Positions 1-8,411 of a DNA stretch of 40,379 bases are shown here, one piece after another. Numbering within the stretch: position 1 is the stretch's first letter; every line of letters starts with the position of its first letter. The notes beneath the pieces were generated by a model. That model was not told where the DNA came from. It saw nothing but the letters and a program-made list of their open reading frames with translations, and made no database searches. Both the position numbers and the translations under genes were made by a program. This DNA comes from Pyrinomonadaceae bacterium (GTDB lineage: Bacteria; Acidobacteriota; Blastocatellia; Pyrinomonadales; Pyrinomonadaceae), in contig JBGTCS010000290.1 in NCBI GenBank assembly GCA_041748715.1, positions 1 to 40,379 of the forward strand, in the 5' to 3' direction.

Positions 1-71
1 ATTCAAATGTGCGGTGTGCCGCCGACGACCTACCGTGCCCCGGTTTTGAAGTACAGTAAGGGAGCGATCGC

Positions 72-1454
72 ATGAGCATAAACTTTTCGGCATTTGAGAT
101 CGGACGCCGTGCGCTGAATGCGAGTCAACTGGGAATCAATATTGCCGGTCAGAATATTGCGAACGTAAACACGCCCGGTTACTCGCGGCGGCGTGTCCAG
201 CTTGTCGAGGCTGCTCAGACAAATATTCACGGTTATTCGATCGGCTCGGGAGTTTCGATTGCGGGGGTACAGACTTTTCGTGATCTTTTTATTCAGTCCC
301 GAATTCAGTCAGAAACCGGTATCGCCGGACGTCTGACGGCCCAGCGGGATTCCCTCGCACCGGTCGAAACCGCACTACAGGGCAGTCCGAACGGCGGATT
401 GCAGAATGCACTGAACAGTTTTTTTGGTGCGTTTCGCGACCTGGAAGCAAATCCCAATTCGACACCGTTTCGTTCGCTGACCGCTCAAAAAGGCGCGAAT
501 TTGGCCAATGCATTTCAAACTACGCGGACACGACTTGACGAGATTCGCCGCAGTGCCGACGCTCAGGTTCGTTCGACAGTTGATCAAGTTAATACTCTGT
601 CGGTTCGTGTTGCGGATCTCAACGATAAGATCCGAGCCGCCGAGGCAAGCGGTGGCGAAGCGTCGTCGCTTCGCGACCAACGTACGGAAATTGTAAATAA
701 GCTTGCTGAATTATCCGGTGCCCGGTCGACCGATAATAGTGACGGCACAGTAACCCTGACCATCGGCGAAGGCCGTCCGATCGTGGCAGGTGATAAAGCC
801 TTTGCGCTTGAGGTCAGTTCCACGCCACCGATTGGTTTGGCAACCGTAACTATCGACGGTCAAGCTGCGGTTTTTAACGAAGGTGCGATCTCCGGCTTTC
901 AAAACGCCGTTTCGCACATTTCCGCACAGATTGACTCTCTGGACGGTCTCGCCGCATCCGTTGTCGAACGCGTGAATTCCCTTCACGCCGGCGGGACAGA
1001 TCAAAACGGCAGTCCGGGTACCAATTTCTTTAACAATGCCGTACCGGTAACGGCCGCAAATATTTCGATTAACGCTGCAATAATTGCCGATCCGAGCCTC
1101 GTCGTAGCTTCGCCCCTGACGCAACCGGGGCAAACCGGTACAGTCGCGGGCGAAATCGCGAATTTATTGACCGACCGCAATACGACGGTCGGCTCACGCA
1201 CGGGTTCCTTTGGTTCGATATTTGGCTCAATGATCGCCGACGCTGGTGAAAAAGTAAATTCTGCCGATAACGATCTACAAACTCAAGCCGCAGTATTGGC
1301 CCAAGCGACGGCTCAGCGGGATTCGGTTTCCGGGGTTTCGCTGGATGAGGAAGCGATAAATCTACTTCAGTATCAAAAATCATTCGAGGCTGCCGCTCGG
1401 TTTATCAAGATCGCTGACGAAATGACTCAGATGATCCTTTCGCTTGCGCAATAA
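72..1454 (+). CDS. flgK: Flagellar hook-associated protein 1 (hook-filament junction)
   Basis: 460 aa. The N-terminus 'AGQNIANVNTPGYSRRRV' is the rod/hook/HAP family signature. The C-terminus 'VSLDEEAINLLQYQKSFEAAARFI' is typical of FlgK. An AAGGGAG ribosome-binding site lies upstream, and flgL follows. Confidence 0.93.
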   Translation: MSINFSAFEIGRRALNASQLGINIAGQNIANVNTPGYSRRRVQLVEAAQTNIHGYSIGSGVSIAGVQTFRDLFIQSRIQSETGIAGRLTAQRDSLAPVETALQGSPNGGLQNALNSFFGAFRDLEANPNSTPFRSLTAQKGANLANAFQTTRTRLDEIRRSADAQVRSTVDQVNTLSVRVADLNDKIRAAEASGGEASSLRDQRTEIVNKLAELSGARSTDNSDGTVTLTIGEGRPIVAGDKAFALEVSSTPPIGLATVTIDGQAAVFNEGAISGFQNAVSHISAQIDSLDGLAASVVERVNSLHAGGTDQNGSPGTNFFNNAVPVTAANISINAAIIADPSLVVASPLTQPGQTGTVAGEIANLLTDRNTTVGSRTGSFGSIFGSMIADAGEKVNSADNDLQTQAAVLAQATAQRDSVSGVSLDEEAINLLQYQKSFEAAARFIKIADEMTQMILSLAQ

Positions 1455-1479
1455 CACCTGATTCGATGGTATTACTAAA

Positions 1480-2385
1480 ATGAATTTCCGAGTTTCTGAC
1501 ACTTCAAGCACCTCCAACTCAATTTCGAGGATCAACGCTCAGCGCAGCTTGTTGAGCGTTTTACAGGAACGCATTTCGACCGGCAAGCGAATTAATCGGG
1601 CGTCGGATGATCCGGCGGGTGCCGAGGTAGTTCTACGATTACGAACTTCGCAGGCGGAGATCCAGCAGTTTGCACGAAACGCGCAGGCTGCGACCCACAA
1701 ACTGACCGCTGCCGACGATTCGCTGAATGGCTATGGAAATTTGCTGGACCGTGTCCGGACGCTCGTGGCTCAAGGTTTGAGCGGGACAACAACGCAGGAT
1801 TCGCGCATTGCTCTCGCCACCGAGATCGAATCGCTTCGCAGCCGTATCCTTGCAGTTGCAAATTCGCGGTCGGACGACGAATATCTCTTTGGCGGAACAC
1901 GTCAAAACGCCCCTCCTTATGATCCGGTCACAGCGGCCCCTGCCGTGACTCCGACCCAGTCGCAATATATTCAGATAGAGCCGGGTGCAAACGCGTTGGC
2001 GGTTGGTGTGACGGCCAACGCCATTTTTGAGGATTCTACATCATCAATATTTACCGATCTGGAAGCGACTGTCACTGCCTTGCGAGGCACCGGCGATACG
2101 TTGGCGGACAGGGCGACGCTTTTGAATGCAAACCTGCGCCTCGGGGTCTACTCCGGTCTTGTAAATAATGCCCGTGCCATCGTCGGAGCCAATTCGAATT
2201 CCGCCGAGATCACGGCCGAGACGTTGAACAATAACTTCCTCTCGCTCGACGAAAGGGCGTCTGCTCTCGAACTCGCTGATTTCGCCGAAACTGCGATTGC
2301 CCTGACCGATGCGCAGCGAGCGCTCGAAGCCTCATTGCAGGTCGCGGCGCGAGGCAAAAAGTCTTTATTCGATTATTTGGGTTAA
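1480..2385 (+). CDS. flgL: Flagellar hook-associated protein 3 (flagellin-like junction protein)
   Basis: 301 aa. It has a flagellin-type N-terminal helix ('RISTGKRINRASDDPAGA') and sits directly after flgK. Confidence 0.9.
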   Translation: MNFRVSDTSSTSNSISRINAQRSLLSVLQERISTGKRINRASDDPAGAEVVLRLRTSQAEIQQFARNAQAATHKLTAADDSLNGYGNLLDRVRTLVAQGLSGTTTQDSRIALATEIESLRSRILAVANSRSDDEYLFGGTRQNAPPYDPVTAAPAVTPTQSQYIQIEPGANALAVGVTANAIFEDSTSSIFTDLEATVTALRGTGDTLADRATLLNANLRLGVYSGLVNNARAIVGANSNSAEITAETLNNNFLSLDERASALELADFAETAIALTDAQRALEASLQVAARGKKSLFDYLG

Positions 2386-2436
2386 TCCAGAAGTTTATTA
2401 TACGGGCTTCAGGTTCCCGCGATCACGCTCAGCATT

Positions 2437-2841
2437 ATGCCAGTCATAAATATTAAGGAAAAAGAATATACATATAGTGAAGGGGACGTCATCAGCTTTG
2501 CCGAGGGCTTGATCGGATTGCCGGATATGAGACGGGCCGTTCTGATCTCGATGAATGAATTAGAACCATTTCGATGGCTCGCGTCGCTTGAGAGTGAATC
2601 AACACGCTTTATCGTAGTCGATCCAAATCTCATTTTCTCGGGTTACGATCCCTTCGACTCCAGCATTAAGAATAGCTCGCCGGTGCAAACGCTGGCGATC
2701 GTCAAGGTATCGTCGGACTGGCAAAAGACGACGATCAACTTGCGGGCTCCGATAGTGATAGACCCCGCGACAAATCGAGGATCACAGCAAATTTTGTCGG
2801 ATAGCCAATATCAATTCGCCGAGGTGCTGCCGCAAAATTAA
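2437..2841 (+). CDS. fliW: Flagellar assembly factor FliW (CsrA antagonist)
   Basis: 134 aa. The motif 'ISFAEGLIGLPDMRRAVLI...EPFRWLASLES...FIVVDP' fits the FliW family. It lies immediately upstream of csrA. Confidence 0.9.
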   Translation: MPVINIKEKEYTYSEGDVISFAEGLIGLPDMRRAVLISMNELEPFRWLASLESESTRFIVVDPNLIFSGYDPFDSSIKNSSPVQTLAIVKVSSDWQKTTINLRAPIVIDPATNRGSQQILSDSQYQFAEVLPQN

Positions 2842-2845
2842 ATCT

Positions 2846-3097
2846 ATGTTGGTTTTATCACGCCGGGTCGGTCAAAAAATTATAATCGGCAACGAGGTAA
2901 CGATTGAAATCGTCTCGGTCAGCGGCGACGGAGTTAGGATCGGTATATCGGCCCCGTCTGAAACATCGGTCCATCGTTACGAGGTATTTACCGAAATACA
3001 GGTCGCAAATAAAGCGGCCGAGCTAATTTCTAATCAGGTCGAGGATGATGTACTCGAAAATCTGGCGGCACATATTCGAACTAAACAAAAATCATGA
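2846..3097 (+). CDS. csrA: Carbon storage regulator / translational repressor CsrA
   Basis: 83 aa. 'MLVLSRRVGQKIIIGNEVTIEIVSVSGDGVRIGISAP..VHRYEV' is the CsrA signature. Its stop codon overlaps the next start codon (ATGA at 3094-3097). Confidence 0.95.
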   Translation: MLVLSRRVGQKIIIGNEVTIEIVSVSGDGVRIGISAPSETSVHRYEVFTEIQVANKAAELISNQVEDDVLENLAAHIRTKQKS

Positions 3098-3846
3098 AGC
3101 GTTTTGATTGGACAATTTGGCTTGGTGTCGGTGTGGGGCTGGCGGCGATCATCGGAGGTGCATGGTCCGAGGATTTGAATATTTCATTTCTCTGGCATCC
3201 AACGGCCGCTTTGATCGTGGGCGGCGGGACGCTCGGGGCCGTGATTGTGCGGCGCGGTGTCGTCGGCATAACCAGCACGATCAAAGCAGTTTGGCAGCTT
3301 CGCCTCAAAAATGAAAAGAGTGAAACTCAACGCATAGAACTGGCCAAACTCGCGTGGCTGTCGCGCACCGCTCAAAAAACGGGTGTAAAGGCTTACGAGA
3401 ATTATGCCGAGTCGAGTGACGATATTCTTGTTACGCAAGGCTTGATCCTCCTTGCCGATAGGGCCGATAAAGTCCAGCTAAAAGAGATTCTTACCCGGCG
3501 CCTGGACGTGGAATATGAAGAAGGCCTCCAGGACTCGGCAACGCTCGAGGCGGCGGGTGGATTTGCCCCGACGTTCGGTATATTGGGTGCGGTCCTTGGC
3601 CTTATCAGCGTTCTCAGGGTCCTCGATAAACCCGAAGCTCTGGGTGCTGGCATTGCGACGGCTTTCGTTGCGACTATTTATGGACTTAGTTTGGCGAATT
3701 TATTATTTTTTCCGCTTGCCGCGCGGCTTCGGGCCCGGCACGAGGCTCACATGAAACGCCGCGAAGAGCTTGTCTCGGTCATCATGTCGCTGGGGTCCAA
3801 TGAACCGCCTCTCGCAATCATAAATCAATTCAATTTACCTAAGTGA
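3094..3846 (+). CDS. Flagellar stator protein, MotA/PomA family (short ~250 aa type)
   Basis: 250 aa with four predicted TM segments and a long cytoplasmic loop between TM2 and TM3. The conserved prolines are present ('APTFGILGA', 'LLFFPLA'). It is translationally coupled to csrA upstream and to a MotB-like gene downstream. Confidence 0.85.
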   Translation: MKRFDWTIWLGVGVGLAAIIGGAWSEDLNISFLWHPTAALIVGGGTLGAVIVRRGVVGITSTIKAVWQLRLKNEKSETQRIELAKLAWLSRTAQKTGVKAYENYAESSDDILVTQGLILLADRADKVQLKEILTRRLDVEYEEGLQDSATLEAAGGFAPTFGILGAVLGLISVLRVLDKPEALGAGIATAFVATIYGLSLANLLFFPLAARLRARHEAHMKRREELVSVIMSLGSNEPPLAIINQFNLPK

Positions 3847-4496
3847 GAAACCGAACCAGACAAAACATCCTCGATATCGAAGGTCACAGCCGGGATCGCT
3901 GGCTAATATCCTACGCCGATCTGGTCACGCTGTTGCTGGCACTGTTCATTGTTTTATATGCCGCCAGCGACAACGAACGGGCGAGACGGATCGCGGAGAG
4001 TTTTTCCGTTCAGAATATGGGCGGCCAGGGTGTTTTGCCGGGAAGCACGTCCGAGACCGACGACCGGGCCCGGTTTGAACATCGGCTGTTGGCCGACCCT
4101 GTTCTTATCCAAAAAACCAAGATGCGGCAGACGGCCGTTGGTTTGACCGTCTCTTTGTCTGAGGCTGGATTTTTTGCCCCGGGGGACGCTGCTATTAATC
4201 AGGACTCCGCCGACGTTATTAATACGATTGCCAATTCGCTAAAGGACACTACGGCAATGATCCGGATCGAAGGGCACACGGATTCGACACCAATATCAAA
4301 TGTCCGCTTCCCGTCTAACTGGGAACTTTCGACCGCTCGTTCGTCGTCGGTGCTGGCGAGACTGATCGAACGCGGAATTGCTCCGGATCGACTGTCAGCC
4401 GCTGGATACGCAGGATTTCAACCAATAGCGGATAATTCGCTGCCCGATGGGCGGGCACAGAATCGTCGCGTCGACATCGTTATTCTCGACCGCTAA
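3843..4496 (+). CDS. Flagellar stator protein, MotB/PomB family (OmpA-like C-terminus)
   Basis: 217 aa with a GTG start overlapping the motA-like stop. 'ISYADLVTLLLALFIVLYA' is the TM segment carrying the conserved Asp. The OmpA-like peptidoglycan-binding C-terminus is present ('IEGHTDS...NWELSTARSSSV...NRRVDIVIL'). Confidence 0.88.
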   Translation: MRNRTRQNILDIEGHSRDRWLISYADLVTLLLALFIVLYAASDNERARRIAESFSVQNMGGQGVLPGSTSETDDRARFEHRLLADPVLIQKTKMRQTAVGLTVSLSEAGFFAPGDAAINQDSADVINTIANSLKDTTAMIRIEGHTDSTPISNVRFPSNWELSTARSSSVLARLIERGIAPDRLSAAGYAGFQPIADNSLPDGRAQNRRVDIVILDR

Positions 4497-4523
4497 TTTT
4501 TTGAACAATGTTTTGAAAGGCCC

Positions 4524-4550
4524 TAAAGTTTTCAAATCTGGTACCGATAA
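4524..4550 (+). promoter_or_regulatory. Sigma-28 (FliA/SigD-type) promoter for the flagellin gene
   Basis: TAAAGTTT at 4524-4531 and ACCGATAA at 4543-4550. The spacer between TAAA and the -10 octamer is exactly 15 nt (consensus TAAA-N15-GCCGATAA). It lies about 95 nt upstream of the fliC ATG. Confidence 0.7.
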
Positions 4551-4601
4551 GCCTATTACGAATCGCATAAGGCGGTTCAATTCTAAAAAAAACGACCAAT
4601 G

Positions 4602-4636
4602 CACGGAAGCGGCGGTCAACAAATGTTCACGGAGGA
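4602..4636 (+). promoter_or_regulatory. Two candidate CsrA binding sites (GGA motifs) in the flagellin leader
   Basis: CACGGAAGC (4602-4610) and CACGGAGGA (4628-4636) share a repeated CACGGA core. The second overlaps the GGAGGA Shine-Dalgarno sequence, which ends 9 nt before the ATG. This matches the known arrangement in which CsrA represses flagellin translation. Confidence 0.5.
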
Positions 4637-4645
4637 ACAAACAAA

Positions 4646-5506
4646 ATGGCTAATTTTTCACTGGTAAATAACACATCAGCAAGTGCGGCACAGTCCCGGC
4701 TTGCAAGCACCAACAACAGTCTTAACCAAGCGATCCAACGGTTATCGTCGGGACTTCGCATCAATAAAGCAGGCGATGACGCCGCTGGTTTGGCAGTTGC
4801 TAACTCATTCAGAAGCGATGTCAGCGTCCTTTCACAGGGCGTTCGTAACGCGAATGACGGTATTTCGACACTTCAGATCGTCGATGGCGGTTTGAATACG
4901 ATCTCGACCCTGTTGGATCGTGCCTCGTCACTGGCAGCCCAGTCTGCTTCGGGTACCTTCACGGGCAACCGTGCAACCTTGTCAGCTGAATTGACAAGTG
5001 TAATCTCGGAAATCGATCGTCAGGCTCAGAATATCGGGCTGGCTACCGCGGATACAAGCGCGACCCCTGACCTCGCTATTTCGCGATTTGCAAAGCAGAT
5101 CACTGTGTATGTCGGTGGCGGAGCGTCCGCAGCCTCGACCGGTAATGCTGTCACCGTTGACCTTTCCACGAGCGTCGCGGATAGCACAGGTCTCGGTGTT
5201 GGCAGTTTGGATATATCGACCGAAGCGAACGCGAAATTGGCAATCGAAACGCTCCGTTCAGCAGTTGGTTCGCTCGGCAGCATCCAGGGAACGGTTGGAT
5301 CAGGCCAAAACAATCTTTCACAGGCGATCGATCTGGCATCGACTCAGATCACCAATTACCTGGCAGCAGAATCGTCGATCCGTGATGCAGACATCGCGGT
5401 GGAAGCTTCGAATCTTGCTCGGCTGAGTACCTTGCAGCAAGCTGGTGTTGCAGCTTTAGCACAGGCCAACTCGTCGAGCCAGTCACTTCTTTCATTACTT
5501 CGTTAA
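4646..5506 (+). CDS. fliC: Flagellin (short, D0/D1-only type)
   Basis: 286 aa. N-terminus 'LSSGLRINKAGDDAAGLAVANSFRSDV...NANDGISTLQ'. C-terminus 'IRDADIAVEASNLARLSTLQQAGVAALAQANSSSQSLLSLLR'. Confidence 0.95.
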   Translation: MANFSLVNNTSASAAQSRLASTNNSLNQAIQRLSSGLRINKAGDDAAGLAVANSFRSDVSVLSQGVRNANDGISTLQIVDGGLNTISTLLDRASSLAAQSASGTFTGNRATLSAELTSVISEIDRQAQNIGLATADTSATPDLAISRFAKQITVYVGGGASAASTGNAVTVDLSTSVADSTGLGVGSLDISTEANAKLAIETLRSAVGSLGSIQGTVGSGQNNLSQAIDLASTQITNYLAAESSIRDADIAVEASNLARLSTLQQAGVAALAQANSSSQSLLSLLR

Positions 5507-5510
5507 ATTT

Positions 5511-5547
5511 TCCGGGAATGAGTTTCCCAGGTTATTCCCGGATTTTT
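5511..5547 (+). terminator. Rho-independent terminator after fliC
   Basis: A 9-bp stem (TCCGGGAAT at 5511-5519 pairing with ATTCCCGGA at 5534-5542) is followed by TTTTT (5543-5547). Confidence 0.65.
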
Positions 5548-5572
5548 AATTGAGAGAAAGAACTGTTCGAAT

Positions 5573-5616
5573 CCGTAGGCGAAGTTGCAATAGCACCTTC
5601 GCCTATGGGCATTTTC
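5573..5616 (+). terminator. Second stem-loop between fliC and flaG (possible back-up terminator or leader structure)
   Basis: A 9-bp perfect stem, TAGGCGAAG (5577-5585) pairing with CTTCGCCTA (5598-5606). It can be extended by G-U and G-C pairs and is followed by CATTTTC. Confidence 0.35.
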
Positions 5617-5632
5617 AAAATGTTAGGGAGGT

Positions 5633-5971
5633 ATGGGAATGCAAAAAACAACGAACGATACATTTCTCGCGAACCAGGTTCCGTTACAGCAATTGGTAGG
5701 CATCAGGCAAAAGGAGCGAAAAACACTGCCTCAAAGCCCGGAGGAACATAAAGACTCTGATGTGATCCGGTTAGAAAAAATCAGATCCATTTTGGCGGAA
5801 GTCCATATTTCATTAAAATTCAGTAGGGATTCGACCACGAATTCGTTGGTCGTTCAAGTAGTGGACGAAAAAACCGGGGAAGCTATCCGTCAGTTTCCCA
5901 GCGAAGTTTCACTCAAGCTTGCCGCCCATTTCGTCAAGCTCCAGGGAAACTTTATCAACCTTTCCGAATAG
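5633..5971 (+). CDS. flaG: Flagellar protein FlaG
   Basis: 112 aa. 'SLKFSRDSTTNSLVVQVVDEKTGEAIRQFPSEV' matches the FlaG family core. A GGGAGG ribosome-binding site is present, and the gene sits before fliD. Confidence 0.8.
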   Translation: MGMQKTTNDTFLANQVPLQQLVGIRQKERKTLPQSPEEHKDSDVIRLEKIRSILAEVHISLKFSRDSTTNSLVVQVVDEKTGEAIRQFPSEVSLKLAAHFVKLQGNFINLSE

Positions 5972-6027
5972 AATTGACCGAGATTAGCAAGCCCAACCCT
6001 GTGTTGGAACTGTGGTGATTTAATATT

Positions 6028-7425
6028 ATGGCAGGCAGCGTAACTTTTAGCGGAATAGGCAGCGGTATAGACTTTAACGTCGTTCGCGACGCCATCATCA
6101 GCCAACGGCAGCGCCCCATTACGCAATTGCAATCAAAGGTCAGCTCGTTCAATGGTCGAATCAGCGCGCTAAAAGAGTTCAACGTATCTCTTGCAGCCTT
6201 GACCACCGCCACAAATAACCTGACGCAACGCGATCTGGGCGCTGCACGTAGTGCCCAATCAGCCGATGCGGGAATCCTCACGGCCGCCGCCGCCAATTCC
6301 GCAAGCCTTGGCTCATTTAGTGTTAATGTGACGCGGCTTGCAACTACTCTCGCCGAAGCGTCACGATCCTATTCGGCCCCCTCTGAACAGGTTTTGGCAG
6401 CCGGAGCCGTTGAGGCCACATTCGAATTAAGAAAAGGTGGATCGTCGTCCGGTGTGGCGATCACGATCGATTCTTCAAATGATACCCTGAGCGGGCTTCG
6501 AGATGCGATCAACGCAGCAAAGGCCGGCGTGACCGCCAGTATCGTAGATGTTAACGGCGACGGAACCGGCCACCAACTGGTTCTGAACTCGACCGATCCC
6601 GGTGCTTCCGGACGTGTCGAACTGATAGAAACATCATCAACCGGAACTCTCGCCGACCTTGATATCAGAGCGCTCAACCCGTCCGATCGAAATTATGCGA
6701 ATCTGGATGCCGCCCTCACGGTTAACGGTTTGGCGATCACGCGTTCTTCGAATTCATTTTCGGATGCGGTCGCCGGAGTCACTTTTAACTTGAAAGGCGT
6801 TGGATCGACTCAGGTATCCGTTACCGAATCGACCGAGATCGAAACTAAAATAAACGAATTTATCACCGCATACAACGCAGTTCAGGCATTTATATCAGGC
6901 CAATATACAAAAGATTCGTCTGACCGTCCGACCGGTATATTGGCCGGAGATTCGACACTTCGGTCGATCCAGCAACAGCTCCGGGCTGCCGCAAACATAA
7001 CTTCCGAAACAAATGGCGGACCACTGAAATCATTGGCAGAGATCGGTGTTACGAGTGACAAAAGCGGCAACCTCTCGTTTGACGCAGCGTTTTTCAACGA
7101 AAAATTTCGCGACGCCCCAGACGACGTCAAAGCTCTGCTATACGGCAAAACCTCCGGAGATCAAGGTATCTTTCATCAATTCAACACCGTCTCAAAAGGT
7201 TTGAGCGACGACATCTCGGGCACGGTTCAAACGGCAATCAACGGATACCAATCATCGGTTAAAAGCATGAACTCAAAGATATCAAACCGATTAGAAGCTC
7301 TCGAACGTCTACGGACTTCCCTTTCCCGCCAATTCGCCGCTGCCGATTCTGCTATTGGGCAACTCAACGGCCAGGGAACGGCCCTGAACAATATTCTCAA
7401 ATCGCTTCAAAATACAAGAAATTAA
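6028..7425 (+). CDS. fliD: Flagellar filament cap protein
   Basis: 465 aa. N-terminus 'FSGIGSGIDFNVVRDAIISQRQRPITQLQ'. C-terminal coiled region '...RLEALERLRTSLSRQFAAADSAIGQLN'. Confidence 0.92.
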   Translation: MAGSVTFSGIGSGIDFNVVRDAIISQRQRPITQLQSKVSSFNGRISALKEFNVSLAALTTATNNLTQRDLGAARSAQSADAGILTAAAANSASLGSFSVNVTRLATTLAEASRSYSAPSEQVLAAGAVEATFELRKGGSSSGVAITIDSSNDTLSGLRDAINAAKAGVTASIVDVNGDGTGHQLVLNSTDPGASGRVELIETSSTGTLADLDIRALNPSDRNYANLDAALTVNGLAITRSSNSFSDAVAGVTFNLKGVGSTQVSVTESTEIETKINEFITAYNAVQAFISGQYTKDSSDRPTGILAGDSTLRSIQQQLRAAANITSETNGGPLKSLAEIGVTSDKSGNLSFDAAFFNEKFRDAPDDVKALLYGKTSGDQGIFHQFNTVSKGLSDDISGTVQTAINGYQSSVKSMNSKISNRLEALERLRTSLSRQFAAADSAIGQLNGQGTALNNILKSLQNTRN

Positions 7426-7458
7426 GGTCAATTATCAAAAAAATCTCGACCGCTTTAC

Positions 7459-7485
7459 TCAAGATTCCTGACGAACCGCCGATAT
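7459..7485 (+). promoter_or_regulatory. Candidate sigma-28 promoter upstream of fliS
   Basis: TCAA (7459-7462), a 15-nt spacer, then GCCGATAT (7478-7485). The -10 element is a perfect SigD-type match, but the -35 element has one mismatch to TAAA. Confidence 0.45.
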
Positions 7486-7516
7486 GGTTTATGTATCTGG
7501 AGAGTAAATAACCTCA

Positions 7517-7957
7517 ATGTACCTACAACCAAAAGCAATGGCCAGTTATGGCCGAATAGCAAACACCGAATCAGACCCGATCAGGCAGATTATCATGCTC
7601 TATGACGGAGCTATAAAGTTTGTGTTTCTCTCAGCGTCGGATATCGAGACGAACGATTTGGTCGCAAAAGGCGAACATTCAAATCGGGCACTCGACATAA
7701 TCAACTATTTGCAGGGCATTTTGAATTTTGAAAAAGGTGGTGACGTTTCACGAGATCTTGATAATCTATATCGAAACGCAACATCAATAATTTTACGGGC
7801 AAGTGCTACTCTTGACGCCAGTCTAATGAGACGCGCGGCACTTATTCTTTCAAACGTTAAAGAAGCATGGGAAATCAATGCCCGAAACGCGTCGGGCAAG
7901 TCGGTCTATGAGAGACAGGTTGCGACCGAACCCTCGGGATTTGCTTTGCGCGGCTGA
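7517..7957 (+). CDS. fliS: Flagellin-specific export chaperone FliS
   Basis: 146 aa. 'IIMLYDGAIKFV...NRALDIINYL...LDNLY' fits the FliS family, and the gene follows fliD. An alternative start exists at Met8. Confidence 0.88.
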   Translation: MYLQPKAMASYGRIANTESDPIRQIIMLYDGAIKFVFLSASDIETNDLVAKGEHSNRALDIINYLQGILNFEKGGDVSRDLDNLYRNATSIILRASATLDASLMRRAALILSNVKEAWEINARNASGKSVYERQVATEPSGFALRG

Positions 7958-7967
7958 TTTTACAAGT

Positions 7968-8411
7968 ATGGCGATATCCGAACCCATAATTAAGAATTCC
8001 GATTCATTGATCGAATTGCTCGGGGCTCAATGCGCAGAACTCGAAAATTTGCTCGCCCTTGCTCGCGAAGAAACCATTGCCGCCCAAGAAGGCAGATTTC
8101 TTAAGATTTGGGAAATCGTGTCGGAACGGGCGACGATCGGAAAAAAGCTCGAAACATATCAACAACAGATCTCAGAACTGCGCGGACACCTTGAGTCCAA
8201 AGGCGAGAATGTCAACAAATACGACATAACGAACCGTGTTATCGAGTTAGCCAATATGACGCTTGTACAAGATCAGCAGACCAGGACACTACTGGCCCAG
8301 TCACGCGAAGAGGCGGCCGACGGGTTAAGAAAAATTGGCAAAAACCACGCCAGCACAAACGCGTATTTGCGTGAGAATACCAAGGGCTTGGCTTACAGCC
8401 GCAGTTTTTAG
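7968..8411 (+). CDS. Putative flagellar export chaperone, FlgN-family-like, in the FliT position
   Basis: 147 aa counted from the internal ATG at 7968. The longer ORF starting at 7878 would overlap fliS. The protein is helical, and 'LIELLGAQCAELENLLALAREETIAAQEGRF...' resembles the FlgN family pattern. Its position after fliS fits this role. Confidence 0.5.
   Translation: MAISEPIIKNSDSLIELLGAQCAELENLLALAREETIAAQEGRFLKIWEIVSERATIGKKLETYQQQISELRGHLESKGENVNKYDITNRVIELANMTLVQDQQTRTLLAQSREEAADGLRKIGKNHASTNAYLRENTKGLAYSRSF

Noticed and set aside
3-28. A possible sigma-28 promoter (TCAA-N14-GCCGACGA) upstream of flgK.
   Set aside because: The spacing is wrong, there are two mismatches in the -10 element, and the site lies at the window edge. 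The true flgK promoter, or an upstream gene, is probably outside the window.
7878-7967. An upstream extension of the FlgN-like ORF, starting at 7878.
   Set aside because: It would overlap the last 80 nt of fliS in another frame and would encode an Arg-rich, non-helical peptide. The ATG at 7968, just after the fliS stop, gives a sensible protein.
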